From assembly GCF_001194135.2 (NCBI RefSeq), contig NC_068986.1:2755062-2819061 (forward strand): a stretch of DNA of 64,000 nt. Direction: 5' to 3'. This document shows, piece after piece, positions 13,185 to 26,395 of this stretch (position 1 is its first letter; every line of letters begins with the position of its first letter). Both the position numbers and the translations under genes were made by a program. This DNA comes from Octopus bimaculoides (taxonomy: Eukaryota). The notes below the pieces were generated by a model. The model was not told where the DNA came from. It made no database searches and saw only the letters and a program-made list of their open reading frames with translations.

Positions 13185-13546
13185 CTGAAAGAGAAAAAAG
13201 ATGTGTAAAGAAATAATGGCTCAGGATATAAAAAAGCAAATGTTACAAGATCAATATTTAAATGTTCAGGTAATTAATTGAAGAATGAAGCAGTGAGATC
13301 AGCACTATTTAATTAAACAGTGAATTAGACTTTCTTGTTTTATTTAAAGTTTTTCCTGCTCAGATTAAGACTTTCCATTAAAAGTTTATGTGACCACCTC
13401 TCATTAAGTTATATCACAAAAACCTGTTTAATGCTATTTTATTGAATCCCTCTAAATTCTTGATTTATTTAAAAATTAATTGAAATGCATGATGTGTTTC
13501 ATTAGAAACAAGGGTCACAAAATGGTTAATATAATATAGAATTTAC

Positions 13547-13686
13547 CTTTACTTCAATTTTAGAGAATGAAGACATGTCTATGATGCAAACCCTCTCTTT
13601 ACAAGCCCAATACTCATCTTTGACAATATTAAACCAATCTGGTTTACTGAATGTTCCCTGTGACATTCGTTGCTCAACAAACTCAT
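13547..13686 (-). CDS. PDPR: PDPR exon 12
   Basis: cctttcaag| ... aag|gtaaat; DEFVEQRMSQGTFSKPDWFNIVKDEYWACKERVCIIDMSSFSKIEVK; 140 nt. Confidence 0.92.
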
Positions 13687-13778
13687 CTTGAAAGGAAGAA
13701 ATTTGAAAAAAAAAAAGAAAAAGAAAATGGAAGAGAAAGATCAATCATAAGACAGAAAGAAAGACCAATCATATGGTG

Positions 13779-13810
<32 letters not shown>

Positions 13811-14358
13811 AGGATCATTAGCAAGGGAGAAAGATAAAGAAAGAGATCATTCATAAAGTAGAGAGAAAAACCAATCACAGAGAAGAGGGGAGAACTCAAT
13901 CATAAAGTAAAAAGAATGATCAACCACAAGGTAAAGGGAAAGATATCTATCATAAGTTAGAGGAAAGACCAAGGCAAGGACATCTTAATCTAAGACATGC
14001 TCATTGTTTCTACATTGCCAGTTGTTACACTCACACGACTAGAGTAGAAAAGAATATGAAATCTAACTTGCCATTTGCTATACATTGATGCACGCTACGT
14101 AAAGCACTGCATGCACTTCTTCCACCCTTACCTAGCTAGTTGTTATTGTTTAACAACTCTTGTCATCTGGACTAAGGATCAAAGGCACTCCAACTATGAC
14201 AATCCCATCATTTTGTATAATACAAGCAATCAAATCAGGGAGTGTCCTAAATAGTTTGCAACTTTAATCACATATATATTGTAACAAACTAATTAAATCT
14301 AAATTTAACTTAATCATTGCAGAAAATGGGAAGAGCAGGTAGAATTTGAAACACTCAC

Positions 14359-14514
14359 CATCAGCATTAGGAACAAACCACATTGGTGTTTCATAGGCAT
14401 TAGTTTCTCCAAAGACAGCTCCTGCTACTTCAAGCCTGGTATGTAATGGAGATGTCCTTAGTTTACGAGAAGACCCATACTCTTCAGTTGAGTAACCAAT
14501 AGCATAAAGATGTC
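14359..14514 (-). CDS. PDPR: PDPR exon 11
   Basis: ttttaaag| ... g|gtgagt; GHLYAIGYSTEEYGSSRKLRTSPLHTRLEVAGAVFGETNAYETPMWFVPNAD; 156 nt. Confidence 0.93.
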
Positions 14515-15794
14515 CTTTAAAAAAAATGGTAAATATTTTATCAGTAAATTACAGTTTTTATAGAATCATAAGCAAGGCAAAATAACAGGTATTCTTTTAT
14601 TGGTTTCAGTTGTTTGGATTGTTGCTATGCTGGAGCAGAATCCTTTAGAGCAGTGGCTCGGCATCCCTTTTACTACATGGCATTTACAAACAATCCCTCT
14701 CCATGTTTTGACCTTCCACTAAAGATGGCTTTATTTTCTTATACTATCTCATGCAGCATGTGTCTATTTTCAGATATTTCTCTGAACTAGTACTGCTTAA
14801 CAATTAAGGCAGTGAGCTGGCAGAATTGTTAGCATGCCAAGTGAAATGCTTCCTGGTATCTGCCGCTACATTCTGAGCCCAAATTCTGTGAAGGTCGACT
14901 TTGCCTTAGATCCTTTTAAGGTCAATAAATTAAGTACAAGTGAAACACTGGGGTCGATGTAGCCCCACCAAATTTCAGGCCTTGCACCTATAGAANNNNN
15001 NNNNNNNNNNNNNNNNNNNNNNNNNNNNNNNNNNNNNNNNNNNNNNNNNNNNNNNNNNNNNNNNNNNNNNNNNNNNNNNNNNNNNNNNNNNNNNNNNNNN
15101 NNNNNNNNNNNNNNNNNNNNNNNNNNNNNNNNNNNNNNNNNNNNNNNNNNNNNNNNNNNNNNNNNNNNNNNNNNNNNNNNNNNNNNNNNNNNNNNNNNNN
15201 NNNNNNNNNNNNNNNNNNNNNNNNNNNNNNNNNNNNNNNNNNNNNNNNNNNNNNNNNNNNNNNNNNNNNNNNNNNNNNNNNNNNNNNNNNNNNNNNNNNN
15301 NNNNNNNNNNNNNNNNNNNNNNNNNNNNNNNNNNNNNNNNNNNNNNNNNNNNNNNNNNNNNNNNNNNNNNNNNNNNNNNNNNNNNNNNNNNNNNNNNNNN
15401 NNNNNNNNNNNNNNNNNNNNNNNNNNNNNNNNNNNNNNNNNNNNNNNNNNNNNNNNNNNNNNNNNNNNNNNNNNNNNNNNNNNNNNNNNNNNNNNNNNNN
15501 NNNNNNNNNNNNNNNNNNNNNNNNNNNNNNNNNNNNNNNNNNNNNNNNNNNNNNNNNNNNNNNNNNNNNNNNNNNNNNNNNNNNNNNNNNNNNNNNNNNN
15601 NNNNNNNNNNNNNNNNNNNNNNNNNNNNNNNNNNNNNNNNNNNNNNNNNNNNNNNNNNNNNNNNNNNNNNNNNNNNNNNNNNNNNNNNNNNNNNNNNNNN
15701 NNNNNNNNNNNNNNNNNNNNNNNNNNNNNNNNNNNNNNNNNNNNNNNNNNNNNNNNNNNNNNNNNNNNNNNNNNNNNNNNNNNNNNNNNNNNTT

Positions 15795-16160
15795 TATGTT
15801 CTGAGTTCAAATTCCACTGAGGTTGACTTTGCCTTTCATCTATTCGGAGTCAATAAAATAGGTATCAGATGAATACTGGGGTCGATGTAATTGACTTACC
15901 CACCCACCTCGTTTTGAAACTGCTGGCCTTGTGCCAAAATTTGAAGTCATTGAAGGTGGTAAGCTGGCAGAATCATTAGCATGCCGGGCAACGTGCTTAG
16001 TGGTATTTTGCCCATTGCTACATTCTGAGTTCAAATTCTGCTGAGGTTAACTTTGCCTTTCACCCTTTTGGGGTTGATAAATTAAGTATCAGTGAAACAC
16101 TGGAGTTGATGTAATTGACTAGTCCCCCACCACAAAATATCAGGCCTTGTGCCTATAGTA
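15795..16160 (-). repeat. Two tandem family A copies
   Basis: tctgagttcaaattc...ttgactttgcctttca occurs at about 15800 and about 16025; a further copy at about 14810-14995. Confidence 0.75.
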
Positions 16161-16166
16161 GAGAGA

Positions 16167-16198
<32 letters not shown>

Positions 16199-16221
16199 CA
16201 TTATAATAATAGACTACTAAC

Positions 16222-16414
16222 CGACTGCTTCTTTTACTCTGTCCCGCAGGAACCTTCTGTTATTGTGTAAGTCAACAAATCGGCTCACATCAACAGACCA
16301 TAGATTCTTACTGGTGGTACCATCTACAATCCAGTCAGCAACCTCCTTACCAACACCTCCTGAGCCAGCAATTCCGGAAGAATTCATGCCAGCAGCTACA
16401 AAATAATTATCCAC
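16222..16414 (-). CDS. PDPR: PDPR exon 10
   Basis: tttcag| ... g|gttagt; VDNYFVAAGMNSSGIAGSGGVGKEVADWIVDGTTSKNLWSVDVSRFVDLHNNRRFLRDRVKEAV; 193 nt. Confidence 0.94.
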
Positions 16415-16940
16415 CTGAAATGATAAAGTCACAAACACTTTTAGTTCATAGAATATGTTCATCATCATCATCATCATGAGCATCATCATTTAACGTCCTC
16501 CTTCCATGCTGGCATGGGTTGGATGGTTTGACAGGAGCTGGCAGGCCAGGAGACTCTGCCTTACTCTACTGTCTGTTTTACTATGCTCTCTGTAGCTGAA
16601 TGTCCTTCCTTCCTAACACCCAACCACTTTACAAAGTGTACAGGTTGCTTTTTACATGGCACCAGCAGCAGTGAGGTCGCCAGCTAACTTGCAAAAACAA
16701 GATCCCCTTCACTGAGGATGGAGTAGCAGTAGCTGTGGGGTTAAGAATTTTGCTTACCAACCACATGGTTTCAGGTTCAATTCTGCTGCATGGCAACATG
16801 ACTGTTGTAAACGAGCATCAGTATCATACAAATGATGGTGTTTGCTTCCAGTCTGTCATGAAAGACATGTCTGTCTCATAGGAAACATTACTACACACAC
16901 ACACACACACACACGCAACACACAAGTGTGAATAGCTCAC

Positions 16941-17065
16941 CTCAGGAGATTCTCCTACAATATACGTTCCATCAGGTGTGAATGATTCTGGACCATTTAA
17001 AAGTTGTCGGACCTGAGCTTCTCCAACACCAGGAAATCGGTGGAGAATTGGCTCCAAAAGAACTT
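16941..17065 (-). CDS. PDPR: PDPR exon 9
   Basis: atttcag| ... gag|gtgagc; QVLLEPILHRFPGVGEAQVRQLLNGPESFTPDGTYIVGESPE; 125 nt. Confidence 0.94.
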
Positions 17066-17225
17066 CTGAAATGTTAGAAAAAAACAAAAAATTGCAATAT
17101 ATGAATATTTTCATTTAAAAAATGGAATAATTATTATTATTATTATTATTATTATTACAATTACACCATCAATTTATGTGAGAATTAAAAAAAAAGTAAA
17201 AAAAAAAAAAAGGAAGTAATCTTAC

Positions 17226-17378
17226 GGAAATGATCCCAGTCTTCAGGAAGAAGTTGGTATTCAAAATTTTCAGGAACACCATGATGAAAGACTGGTTTGG
17301 CTTGAGGTTCAAATCCTCCAGCCAGAACTCCTCCACTCCATTCACGAATGTATACTTGGCCATCATAATCTCTTACAA
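17226..17378 (-). CDS. PDPR: PDPR exon 8
   Basis: ctttgtag| ... c|gtaaga; VVRDYDGQVYIREWSGGVLAGGFEPQAKPVFHHGVPENFEYQLLPEDWDHF; 153 nt. Confidence 0.94.
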
Positions 17379-18034
17379 CTACAAAGAATTTGAAAGAAAA
17401 TTAGAAATAAAGGAAGGTTGAAATGGTGCTAAACATAGCTACCAAAGACTGGAAATGTTAAGATCTTTATAATGTGTAGAAAAACGAAATATTAAATATG
17501 TTTATTCTGAACACCGTTATTCTTTGGTTTAAAATTCTAACTTCCAAACCTGCCTTAATTTAACTTAATCTAGAAAGGATCATCTGCTCTATGATGGCTG
17601 ACTATCAGGGCTACACCAGGTGTAAAAAGAAAGGTGTTATATAATAAAACCTTAAGGATTACAATTTACTTTTATGATTTGAAAGTAATTTACTCATTCA
17701 GATATATGTTATCGAAATATTGTGTGTGTTTATTCTGAAACAGCAATATTGTTAATAGTGACTTCGAATTTTCATTGTCAGACTGTATTCTGATGGGGTT
17801 TAACAGGCTGAAATTTCAAAATCACTGCCGTATGTGTGTGTGTGTGTATTATACATTGAGCTTCTACACATTTTGGCAGTGTCTTCTGCTGCAGCCCTGG
17901 GCCAATCAAAGCCTTGTGAGTATAGATGGAAGCTGAAAGAAGCCTGTGGTACATATATAAAAATGTAATTATAGAAATATTCTGTCTGAACAGTTTCAGA
18001 ATATCCAGCACAGTTACAAGTGATTGGTACATAC

Positions 18035-18149
18035 CTGGCATCATAGGATCAATATTACCAAATGGTTTAGTAACAATGTAGAAATGTTCACAAGCATGTA
18101 CAGGTACACGTACACGGGGAATGGTCCTTTTACCAATTTCTCGGGACCA
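18035..18149 (-). CDS. PDPR: PDPR exon 7
   Basis: tttccag| ... g|gtatgt; WSREIGKRTIPRVRVPVHACEHFYIVTKPFGNIDPMMP; 115 nt. Confidence 0.93.
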
Positions 18150-18229
18150 CTGGAAAATAATACATGTAAAAATTAAAATTTGTTTCTCCAGCAAAGATTC
18201 TTGTGCTCTGTTTTTTTTGTATGCAGTTC

Positions 18230-18567
18230 ATTATTATTATTATTATTATTATTGAGTGAGAGAGCAGTGCATGCCATCAAAGTGACAATGGGGTAAAATA
18301 TACGAAGCCCATTATACCCATCATGACTACTCGTCTGGTAAGGGTACACCAGGCACATGCATCACACCCATATGTGCGCGACATGGTGATCTCATATCAA
18401 GATAAACAGTGCATGACCTCGCAGGTGGGGCCCAGTTAGAATTTTCTTCAGGTCGAGTAGCCCATCCCGCTCAAAAGGTCTCTGAATAAGGTTTGTTTAA
18501 GGATGTTGAGCAAAACACCCATGTTTCCAAAGGTGAATTATTCAAACCCCAAAGAATTCCTCTCAAC
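18230..18567 (-). repeat. Dispersed repeat with (TAA)n tail; second copy at about 39640-40040 (+)
   Basis: Reverse-complement match between the two regions (ctactcgacctga...ttctaac, catcactttgatggcatgc..ctctcactcaataataat). Confidence 0.7.
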
Positions 18568-19565
18568 NNNNNNNNNNNNNNNNNNNNNNNNNNNNNNNNN
18601 NNNNNNNNNNNNNNNNNNNNNNNNNNNNNNNNNNNNNNNNNNNNNNNNNNNNNNNNNNNNNNNNNNNNNNNNNNNNNNNNNNNNNNNNNNNNNNNNNNNN
18701 NNNNNNNNNNNNNNNNNNNNNNNNNNNNNNNNNNNNNNNNNNNNNNNNNNNNNNNNNNNNNNNNNNNNNNNNNNNNNNNNNNNNNNNNNNNNNNNNNNNN
18801 NNNNNNNNNNNNNNNNNNNNNNNNNNNNNNNNNNNNNNNNNNNNNNNNNNNNNNNNNNNNNNNNNNNNNNNNNNNNNNNNNNNNNNNNNNNNNNNNNNNN
18901 NNNNNNNNNNNNNNNNNNNNNNNNNNNNNNNNNNNNNNNNNNNNNNNNNNNNNNNNNNNNNNNNNNNNNNNNNNNNNNNNNNNNNNNNNNNNNNNNNNNN
19001 NNNNNNNNNNNNNNNNNNNNNNNNNNNNNNNNNNNNNNNNNNNNNNNNNNNNNNNNNNNNNNNNNNNNNNNNNNNNNNNNNNNNNNNNNNNNNNNNNNNN
19101 NNNNNNNNNNNNNNNNNNNNNNNNNNNNNNNNNNNNNNNNNNNNNNNNNNNNNNNNNNNNNNNNNNNNNNNNNNNNNNNNNNNNNNNNNNNNNNNNNNNN
19201 NNNNNNNNNNNNNNNNNNNNNNNNNNNNNNNNNNNNNNNNNNNNNNNNNNNNNNNNNNNNNNNNNNNNNNNNNNNNNNNNNNNNNNNNNNNNNNNNNNNN
19301 NNNNNNNNNNNNNNNNNNNNNNNNNNNNNNNNNNNNNNNNNNNNNNNNNNNNNNNNNNNNNNNNNNNNNNNNNNNNNNNNNNNNNNNNNNNNNNNNNNNN
19401 NNNNNNNNNNNNNNNNNNNNNNNNNNNNNNNNNNNNNNNNNNNNNNNNNNNNNNNNNNNNNNNNNNNNNNNNNAAAAAAAAACCAAACAAAAGAACAAAA
19501 CAAAATGGTTTGTCACATTAATGGAAATGTGCAAGAATACTTAAACTTAATTCGTCTTAACTCAC

Positions 19566-19687
19566 CATTCCTGCACAATTGACGAAATATTCACACCGGA
19601 TTTTGCCATGGCTTGTTAACACAGTTGATACTTTGAGGTTTTCTGTTGGGATTTGGAAAACCTGGATGCCTTCAAAAATTTTAACAC
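19566..19687 (-). CDS. PDPR: PDPR exon 6
   Basis: ctccatag| ... atg|gtgagt; GVKIFEGIQVFQIPTENLKVSTVLTSHGKIRCEYFVNCAGM; 122 nt. Confidence 0.92.
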
Positions 19688-21107
19688 CTATGGAGGCAAA
19701 TAATAAGATTTAAATTACATTTTGAAACAAAAACAACATATTTTAAATTCGAGAATTTTGTTATTAGATCTTGGTAAAAATAACAAGGTGTCATCATCAT
19801 CATTGTTTAACATCCGCTTTCCATGCTGGCATGGGTTGGATGGTTTGACTGGGGACTGGCAAGCCAGGAGGCTGAACCAGGCTCCAATCTGATCTAGCAA
19901 TGTTTCTACAGCTGGATGCCCTTCCTAACACCAACTATTCCAAGAGTGTAGTGAGTGCTTTTTACGTGCCACCAGCATGGGAGCCAGTCAGGTGGCATGG
20001 CATCAGCCACGTTTGGATGGTGCTTTTTACGTGCCACTGGTACAGGAGCCAGTTGGGGCATGGTGGTGGGGGGGAAGGCTGGCATTGACCACGTTCAGAT
20101 AGTACTTTTTATGTGCCACTAGAACGGGGAGCCAGTCAGACATCACTAGCAACAACCCTTGCATGATTAGTGCTTATTGCGTGCCACCAGCATAGGAGCC
20201 CAGTCAGGTGGCATTGGTATCGGACACAACTACAATTTCCATTTTTGATTTCGATTTGATTAAGATTCTGATTGTAATTTGATTTTACTTGACTCAATAG
20301 GTCTCCTCAAGCATAGTGTGTCACCCAACAATTCTCAGGTACTTTTTAAATGGGCTGGTTATTATATATAGTTATAACATTCTGTAGAATCTAGGCACAT
20401 CAACATGTAGGATGCCAGAAATGGCTAGGTACAATAACATAAAGTTCACAGTGAAGTAGAAGGATCCTGTAGGTATCATATGTTTGTGGGATACTGCAGA
20501 TATGTAGGTACCAGAGGTACTAGATGTGGCATGGATATGTGTTTACACACACACACAGACACACACACATATTTATTCACATATATATATCCCAGTATTG
20601 ATCCAATGATCAGATGCTGTTATACATTGCTGGTGACATTGTGCTACGCATTGTTTTAGCCTTTGAATGATGTCACACATGACAGGCTTCTTTCAGTTTT
20701 CATGTCTGGACTCCTCTATACAGAAAACATTTACAAATTTAAAGATGATTTCACTTATGTTTCTTTGTATCAAAATGAAAACTTTTAAACTTTTTCATAG
20801 ATTTTTTTGTGTTTGCATGGGCTGGATGTGTTTTTCAAATTCCACACATAGCTATACAAGTAGTGGTGAATAAACTGTCATCTAAATTATGCAAAAATGA
20901 AAATAACACTGACATCTCATTTTAACTGATATATTTACCAAAATTACATAAAAATATCTTGAAATACTACAGTGTAAATGTATTCAATAAAATCGCCATT
21001 GGCTTCAACCAAAGTACATGTTTGGGAAGCCAGCTTCTTAACCACACAGCCATGCTTGTGCATCTACAAAAGTATAAAAGCAGAATAGAATTCTTGAAAT
21101 GGCTCAC

Positions 21108-21189
21108 CTTTTTCTTTTGCTAGCTTAGCATAGACCATGAGAAGGTCAGTTGGATTAACAACACCATCACCAGGTACCCATAAAGCACC
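21108..21189 (-). CDS. PDPR: PDPR exon 5
   Basis: ctttcag| ... g|gtgagc; GALWVPGDGVVNPTDLLMVYAKLAKEK; 82 nt. Confidence 0.93.
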
Positions 21190-22509
21190 CTGAAAGAGAG
21201 AAAATTATCTTTCATATGTGTGTGGATGTGCGTGTATGTGTACATACATACATAAATACATTTATCATCATCATCATCATCATCATCATCGTTTAACGTC
21301 CGCTTTCCATGCTAGCATGGGTTGGACAATTTGACTGAGGACTGGTGCAACCGGATGGCTACACCAGGCTCCAATCTAATTTGGCAGAGTTTCTACAGCT
21401 GGATGCCCTTCCTAACGCCAACCACTCAGAGAGTGTAGTGGGTGCTTTTACGTGTCACCCGCACGAAACGGCCACGCTCGAAATGGTGTCTTTTATGTGC
21501 CACCCGCACAAGCCGGTCCAGGGGCACTGGCAACGATCTCATATCCAACCCATGTCAGCATGGAAGGCAGACATTAAATGATGATGATGGTGATCATCAT
21601 TGTTTAATGTCTGCCTTCCATGCGAGCATGGGTGGGATGGTGATGATGATGATGATGTGTGTGTGTGTATCTTCAGAGAGAATGCAAGTGACAAACAGAC
21701 AGAGAAGGTGGAAAATTTAGCTATAAAGTGAGAAAATAATTATTAGGGAAATTCATGAATACAGAAATGATTGGATGAAATTAGCAAAAGGACTAATGGA
21801 AACTAGTAGAGAAAATAACCGTTTAACAGCAATGAATGATACTTTAAGATGAGGCAGTTGTGATATATGATGATCATTGTATATAAAGTACCATGATTTG
21901 TTAGAACAAAGTTATTTTAGGCCAAAATAGATCACTGGGTATCTTAGTCTTCTATCATAAATTTACCCACATCTAGGGTTTACTTATAGGAAGATTAAAT
22001 TGCTCTTAGCATTTGACTATTACTTTAGCTTATCAATCCTGAAAGGATTAAAGATGGAGTCGACCTTGGCAAGCTTTGAATGCAGAGAATGTAAATAGTA
22101 ACAGCTGAATGTTGCAAGGCAAATTGTCCCATGTTGTGACAATTGTTCTTATTTCCAAGAGTAGACATTAGGATCCTAGCTTAGAAAACATGGTGACACG
22201 CATAGAAGAATCTAAGAGTGAAAGTGTACAAGGATACAGGTTTGCAAACTGTAAATCCTTCCAATCATCTCAAAATATGGATAAGTTGATGATGATCCTT
22301 ATCCCGCTGATGCTAGCAACAATGAATATTTTAAAAATTGGTTAGCGTTAGGAAGGGCAGCCAGAAATAGAAACCATATCAAGCTTAAAAAAAAAAAAAA
22401 TTAAAAAAAAAACCAAAATAAAAAACATATGAGAAAGACATAATTTTCTGACCTATCTAAGAGGACAATAACTTTGAATAAGAACTAACTCAAAGAAACA
22501 ATTAGTTAC

Positions 22510-22591
22510 CTCGAGATCTTCATGACGGATTTCTGGACATTTATCTTTAACCTCTTTAGCAGTAATAATGTGTGCTTCTGGACCATTTTGT
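22510..22591 (-). CDS. PDPR: PDPR exon 4
   Basis: ctcccag| ... gag|gtaact; QNGPEAHIITAKEVKDKCPEIRHEDLE; 82 nt. Confidence 0.9.
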
Positions 22592-23699
22592 CTGGGAGTA
22601 AATAACAAAAACATTTAGTATTGTCAAATAAATATCTTTCAGTCTTTCAGACAAATAAACAGATGCAAAAAATATAAGAAGAAAAAAAAAATTTTGTTTG
22701 ATTATATTGTTTATACAGGCACAGTAACCTAGGGTCGTTTTGAAGTGGTTTATATGATTGGAAATATAATTTCAAAGTGTTCATAGCAAAGATCTGATCA
22801 AAGACTTTGCAATTTAAAAATCAGGAGAAAACCTTTCAAATAAAAATAAAGTGGAAATATACAAAAATAAACATTATTTTCCATCTTACTGTTAGTTTTT
22901 TTCTCATTAAAAAAAAAAAAAAACTTATTTTATGGCTATTATTGTTTATATATTGACTTCCATATATATGGTAGAACCAAAATCTTTGAAGTACTTAGGG
23001 GCTTTATGGGTCTTAATCCAGCCCTGCTACCACCCACTCTATTGGTCACATTGCTGTGTACTGATGGTGATATTGTAGAGTAGTGACAGAATGTTTTGCA
23101 TTGCAAAGTACAAGGTAACCTCACAGGTGCTGGTGCCACAATAAAATGCATCCAGTATACACTGTAAAGTGATTGGTAAATAAGTGGAGACAACATAGAG
23201 TCAAGAGAACTCTTAGACTTGATAAAGGCATGACAATTTCTCTAGTGCTAATGCCATGATAAAATACATTCACTACACTCTGTAAAGTGATTGGAGTTAG
23301 GAAGGGCATCCAGCCATAGAAATCCTGCCAAATTTAAAATGTATGAGAGAGATGTGGTTCCTCAGTCCATCTAAGAGGATAATAGCTCTGAATAAAAACA
23401 AGCACAAACTGAGATAATTCAATTCAGTCCAAACCAGTTTGGAATAAGAATGTAAATAGATAGTTTAATTGGCCAATAATTAAATTATTCAAATTGCTGT
23501 GCAATGACCAAAACAGTGCATAAATTAGATAATTTATCATTATATTTACTACTTAATAGTTATTACAACTAGAACCAGTTTATAAGAATGATAACATACA
23601 ATTGAGAGGAGGGAGTTAACATCGACAAGAAAGGCCACTATAAAAAAGGGATAAATGTACAATTTGGCAAAGCAAAAAAGAATATACTTTAATATTTAC

Positions 23700-23781
23700 T
23701 TGGCTCTGGCCTCTGCTCGTTGGAAGTAGATGAGTCTGTCTTTCGAGCGAGCTAGTTGCAAGCTCCCACACTGCTTCCAAC
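23700..23781 (-). CDS. PDPR: PDPR exon 3
   Basis: ttttcag| ... aa|gtaaat; GWKQCGSLQLARSKDRLIYFQRAEARAK; 82 nt. Confidence 0.92.
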
Positions 23782-23785
23782 CTGA

Positions 23786-23816
<31 letters not shown>

Positions 23817-23849
23817 GAATGAGAGACAGAGACAAAGAGAGTAACACCA

Positions 23850-24130
23850 TCATCATCATCATCGTTTAACGTCCGCTTTCCATGCTAGCATGGGTTGGAC
23901 GATTTGACTGAGGACTGGTAAACCAGATGGCTACACCAGGCTCCAATCTGATTTGGCAGAGTTTCTACAGCTGGATGCCCTTCCTAACGCCAACCACTCC
24001 GAGAGTGTAGTGGGTGCTTTTACGTGCCACTGGCACGAAGGCCAGTCAGGAGGTACTGCCAACGGCCATGCTCAAAATGGTGTATTTTATGTGCCACCTG
24101 CACAGGAGCCAGTCCAGCGGTACTGGCAAC
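23850..24130 (-). repeat. Young family B copy
   Basis: About 145-bp tail differs from the 29327 copy at only about 1 position by eye. Confidence 0.85.
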
Positions 24131-25499
24131 ATTGCATATTATTCATAAATTGAAGAGTTGCAAGCTAGCAGAATCATTAACATGTCACACAAAATGCTTC
24201 GTGGCATTTGTTTTGGTTTTACATTCTGAGTTCAAATTCCACTGATGTGGATTTTATGCCTTTTATCCTTTCTGGGTTGATGAAAGAAGTACCAGTTGAG
24301 TACTGGAAATGATGTCATTGACTACTTCCTCCTGCCAATATTTCAAGTCTTGTGCCTATAGTTGAAAGAATTATCCATAAACTGAGTACAGCAGACAACA
24401 GACAGAATCAACAAGATAACAAAAAAACCCCCAAAAAACTGCCAGATTCACTCTTACTTTTCATCTGTCCAATGTCAACCGGGGTCCATAAGATAATCAG
24501 AAATAATTATACAGGGATCAATTGAGTTGACTACACTCTCTGACCACTAATATACTAATGTTAGAAATCATTATGATTTCAGAAATATAAAAATAATATC
24601 GATCATGCCTTCTGTTATAATCAGGGGTTCTGAGTGAAATAGGTTGTAAAACAGAACAAAACTGCTTTTGGACCCCAGAGGCAAATCCTTTGAAAATTCA
24701 AAGGGAGAGTTGTTGTTTTGAGGAAAGAGCCCATCAAATATTCGTATGTCCTTTCTTGGTTCTTGACTGACTCCACCATTCATATAGGCCTTGGCTATAA
24801 TCACAAAGAATTTGGCACATTTTGGAGAAACATGCCTACAAATATTTGAGATAATAAAAGTGCTTTGTTAGAATCTGTCATTTTAATGTCCATTTTTCCA
24901 AACTTCATGGATCAGAAAGAATTCACTGTGGTAGATTTTCTATAGCCAAATCTGTTTCCAAACAAGGTATTATTTCCCTGTGGCTGGACAGGTTTTTACA
25001 GAAGATCGAAAACAAACAAAACATCTTTTTCTTGCACGATCATTATTTACAACCAGCAACAACACATGAAGATGAGAGAAAATATGAATTGAATCCACAC
25101 ACATTTCTTTCATTCAGTGCCAGATAGAATCATTCTATTGATGTCTTCAGAATATAACAATATCTGTCAGAGCGATAACCGTTCTCAAAAGACAGATACA
25201 AAAGGAGTAAAAGACTGCTTTACAACACAATGGAAGATACCTAAAGCAGAGGAAGAAATACTGAAGTCAGATCTCACAATGTTGGACATTACAAAAGACA
25301 TAAGACAGGACCAAGATGAATAATGATTCACTAAAGAATGGACCCATCGTCTTTAAGCATAACATTCATTGAAAGTAAACGTTATGTTTGAAGATGATAT
25401 AAGATATTAACAAAATTTGTTTTGTCATTACTTCAGTCATAAATCAATCAAACAACAACAGCTACAACAAGCCATCAATGTTTAAAATAAGCTACTAAC

Positions 25500-25630
25500 C
25501 AACACTGTGGCCTTGGTCTTCAAAGCTTTTGTAGAGATTCCTGCTATATGTACAAATGTCAGCTTGAACTTTGTGACTTCTTATTTGTCCAACCAGTCCT
25601 GCAGCATGCCAACTTGTGCCACAGCCTATC
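25500..25630 (-). CDS. PDPR: PDPR exon 2
   Basis: ttttaacag| ... g|gttagt; RIGCGTSWHAAGLVGQIRSHKVQADICTYSRNLYKSFEDQGHSV; 131 nt. Confidence 0.92.
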
Positions 25631-26175
25631 CTGTTAAAATTCAAAATATAAACACATATTTTTATGAAGAAAACAAGAACAAATAAAGCATGGATATTTA
25701 TCATTTTGTTCTTTTTAGAGTGGACAGACAGAAGAAACTTTTATATTGGGATGCTGAGAAACCTATGCTTTCTGAATCTAGAAATGAAGCTACTTATTCT
25801 AAATCAATGCTCTCCCATTTATTTTGGACATAATCCATTTACTTTCCATGGTGGGAAACATATTACAGCACTTTGATCTGATTTTATGCCCAACATAATA
25901 TTTCCAGGTTGACAACAGTGGTTTTCACACAGCAAAACTTGCAGAAGTCATTATATAAATAGCAGCAATTGACATAACATGGGAATACTTTTAACTTCAT
26001 ATGAAATCAATACATTCACTAGAAAAGATACAAATGAAAAAAATAGATTGCTGTTCTAGATAAATATCTGCAATATTTTTTGAAATTTTAAGATGTCAAG
26101 GCTGGCCGAGTTGTTAGCGTTCAGAGCTGAAATTCTATCAAGGTTGACTTTGCCTTTCATCTTTTTGGGGTCAAG

Positions 26176-26395
26176 TATAAGGGGGTGCTGAAAAGTTTCT
26201 GGCTTTGGGTAAAAGAAAATACAAGAGGATCAGTTAATTATGATTTTATTCAACATGTTCCCCTCTCAGATTCACACACTTATTGCAGTGGTCCTTCAGT
26301 TTTCTAAGCCCTGTAAAAGAATTTGGAAAGTTGGACCTCCAACCAGGCCTTTCCCGATACCCTTAAACCCTGGAACTTTTCAACATTCCCTCGTA
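26176..26395. mobile_element. Mariner-type MITE inserted into a SINE, with TA target duplication
   Basis: ta-taagggggtgctgaaaagtttctggcttt ... ctggaacttttcaacattccctcg-ta terminal inverted repeats; SINE sequence continues on both sides. Confidence 0.75.

Noticed and set aside
14866-19582. Long ORFs in the track (314-410 aa) here and at 41267-43877 and 56534-57341
   Set aside because: They are mostly X residues running through N gaps; artefacts
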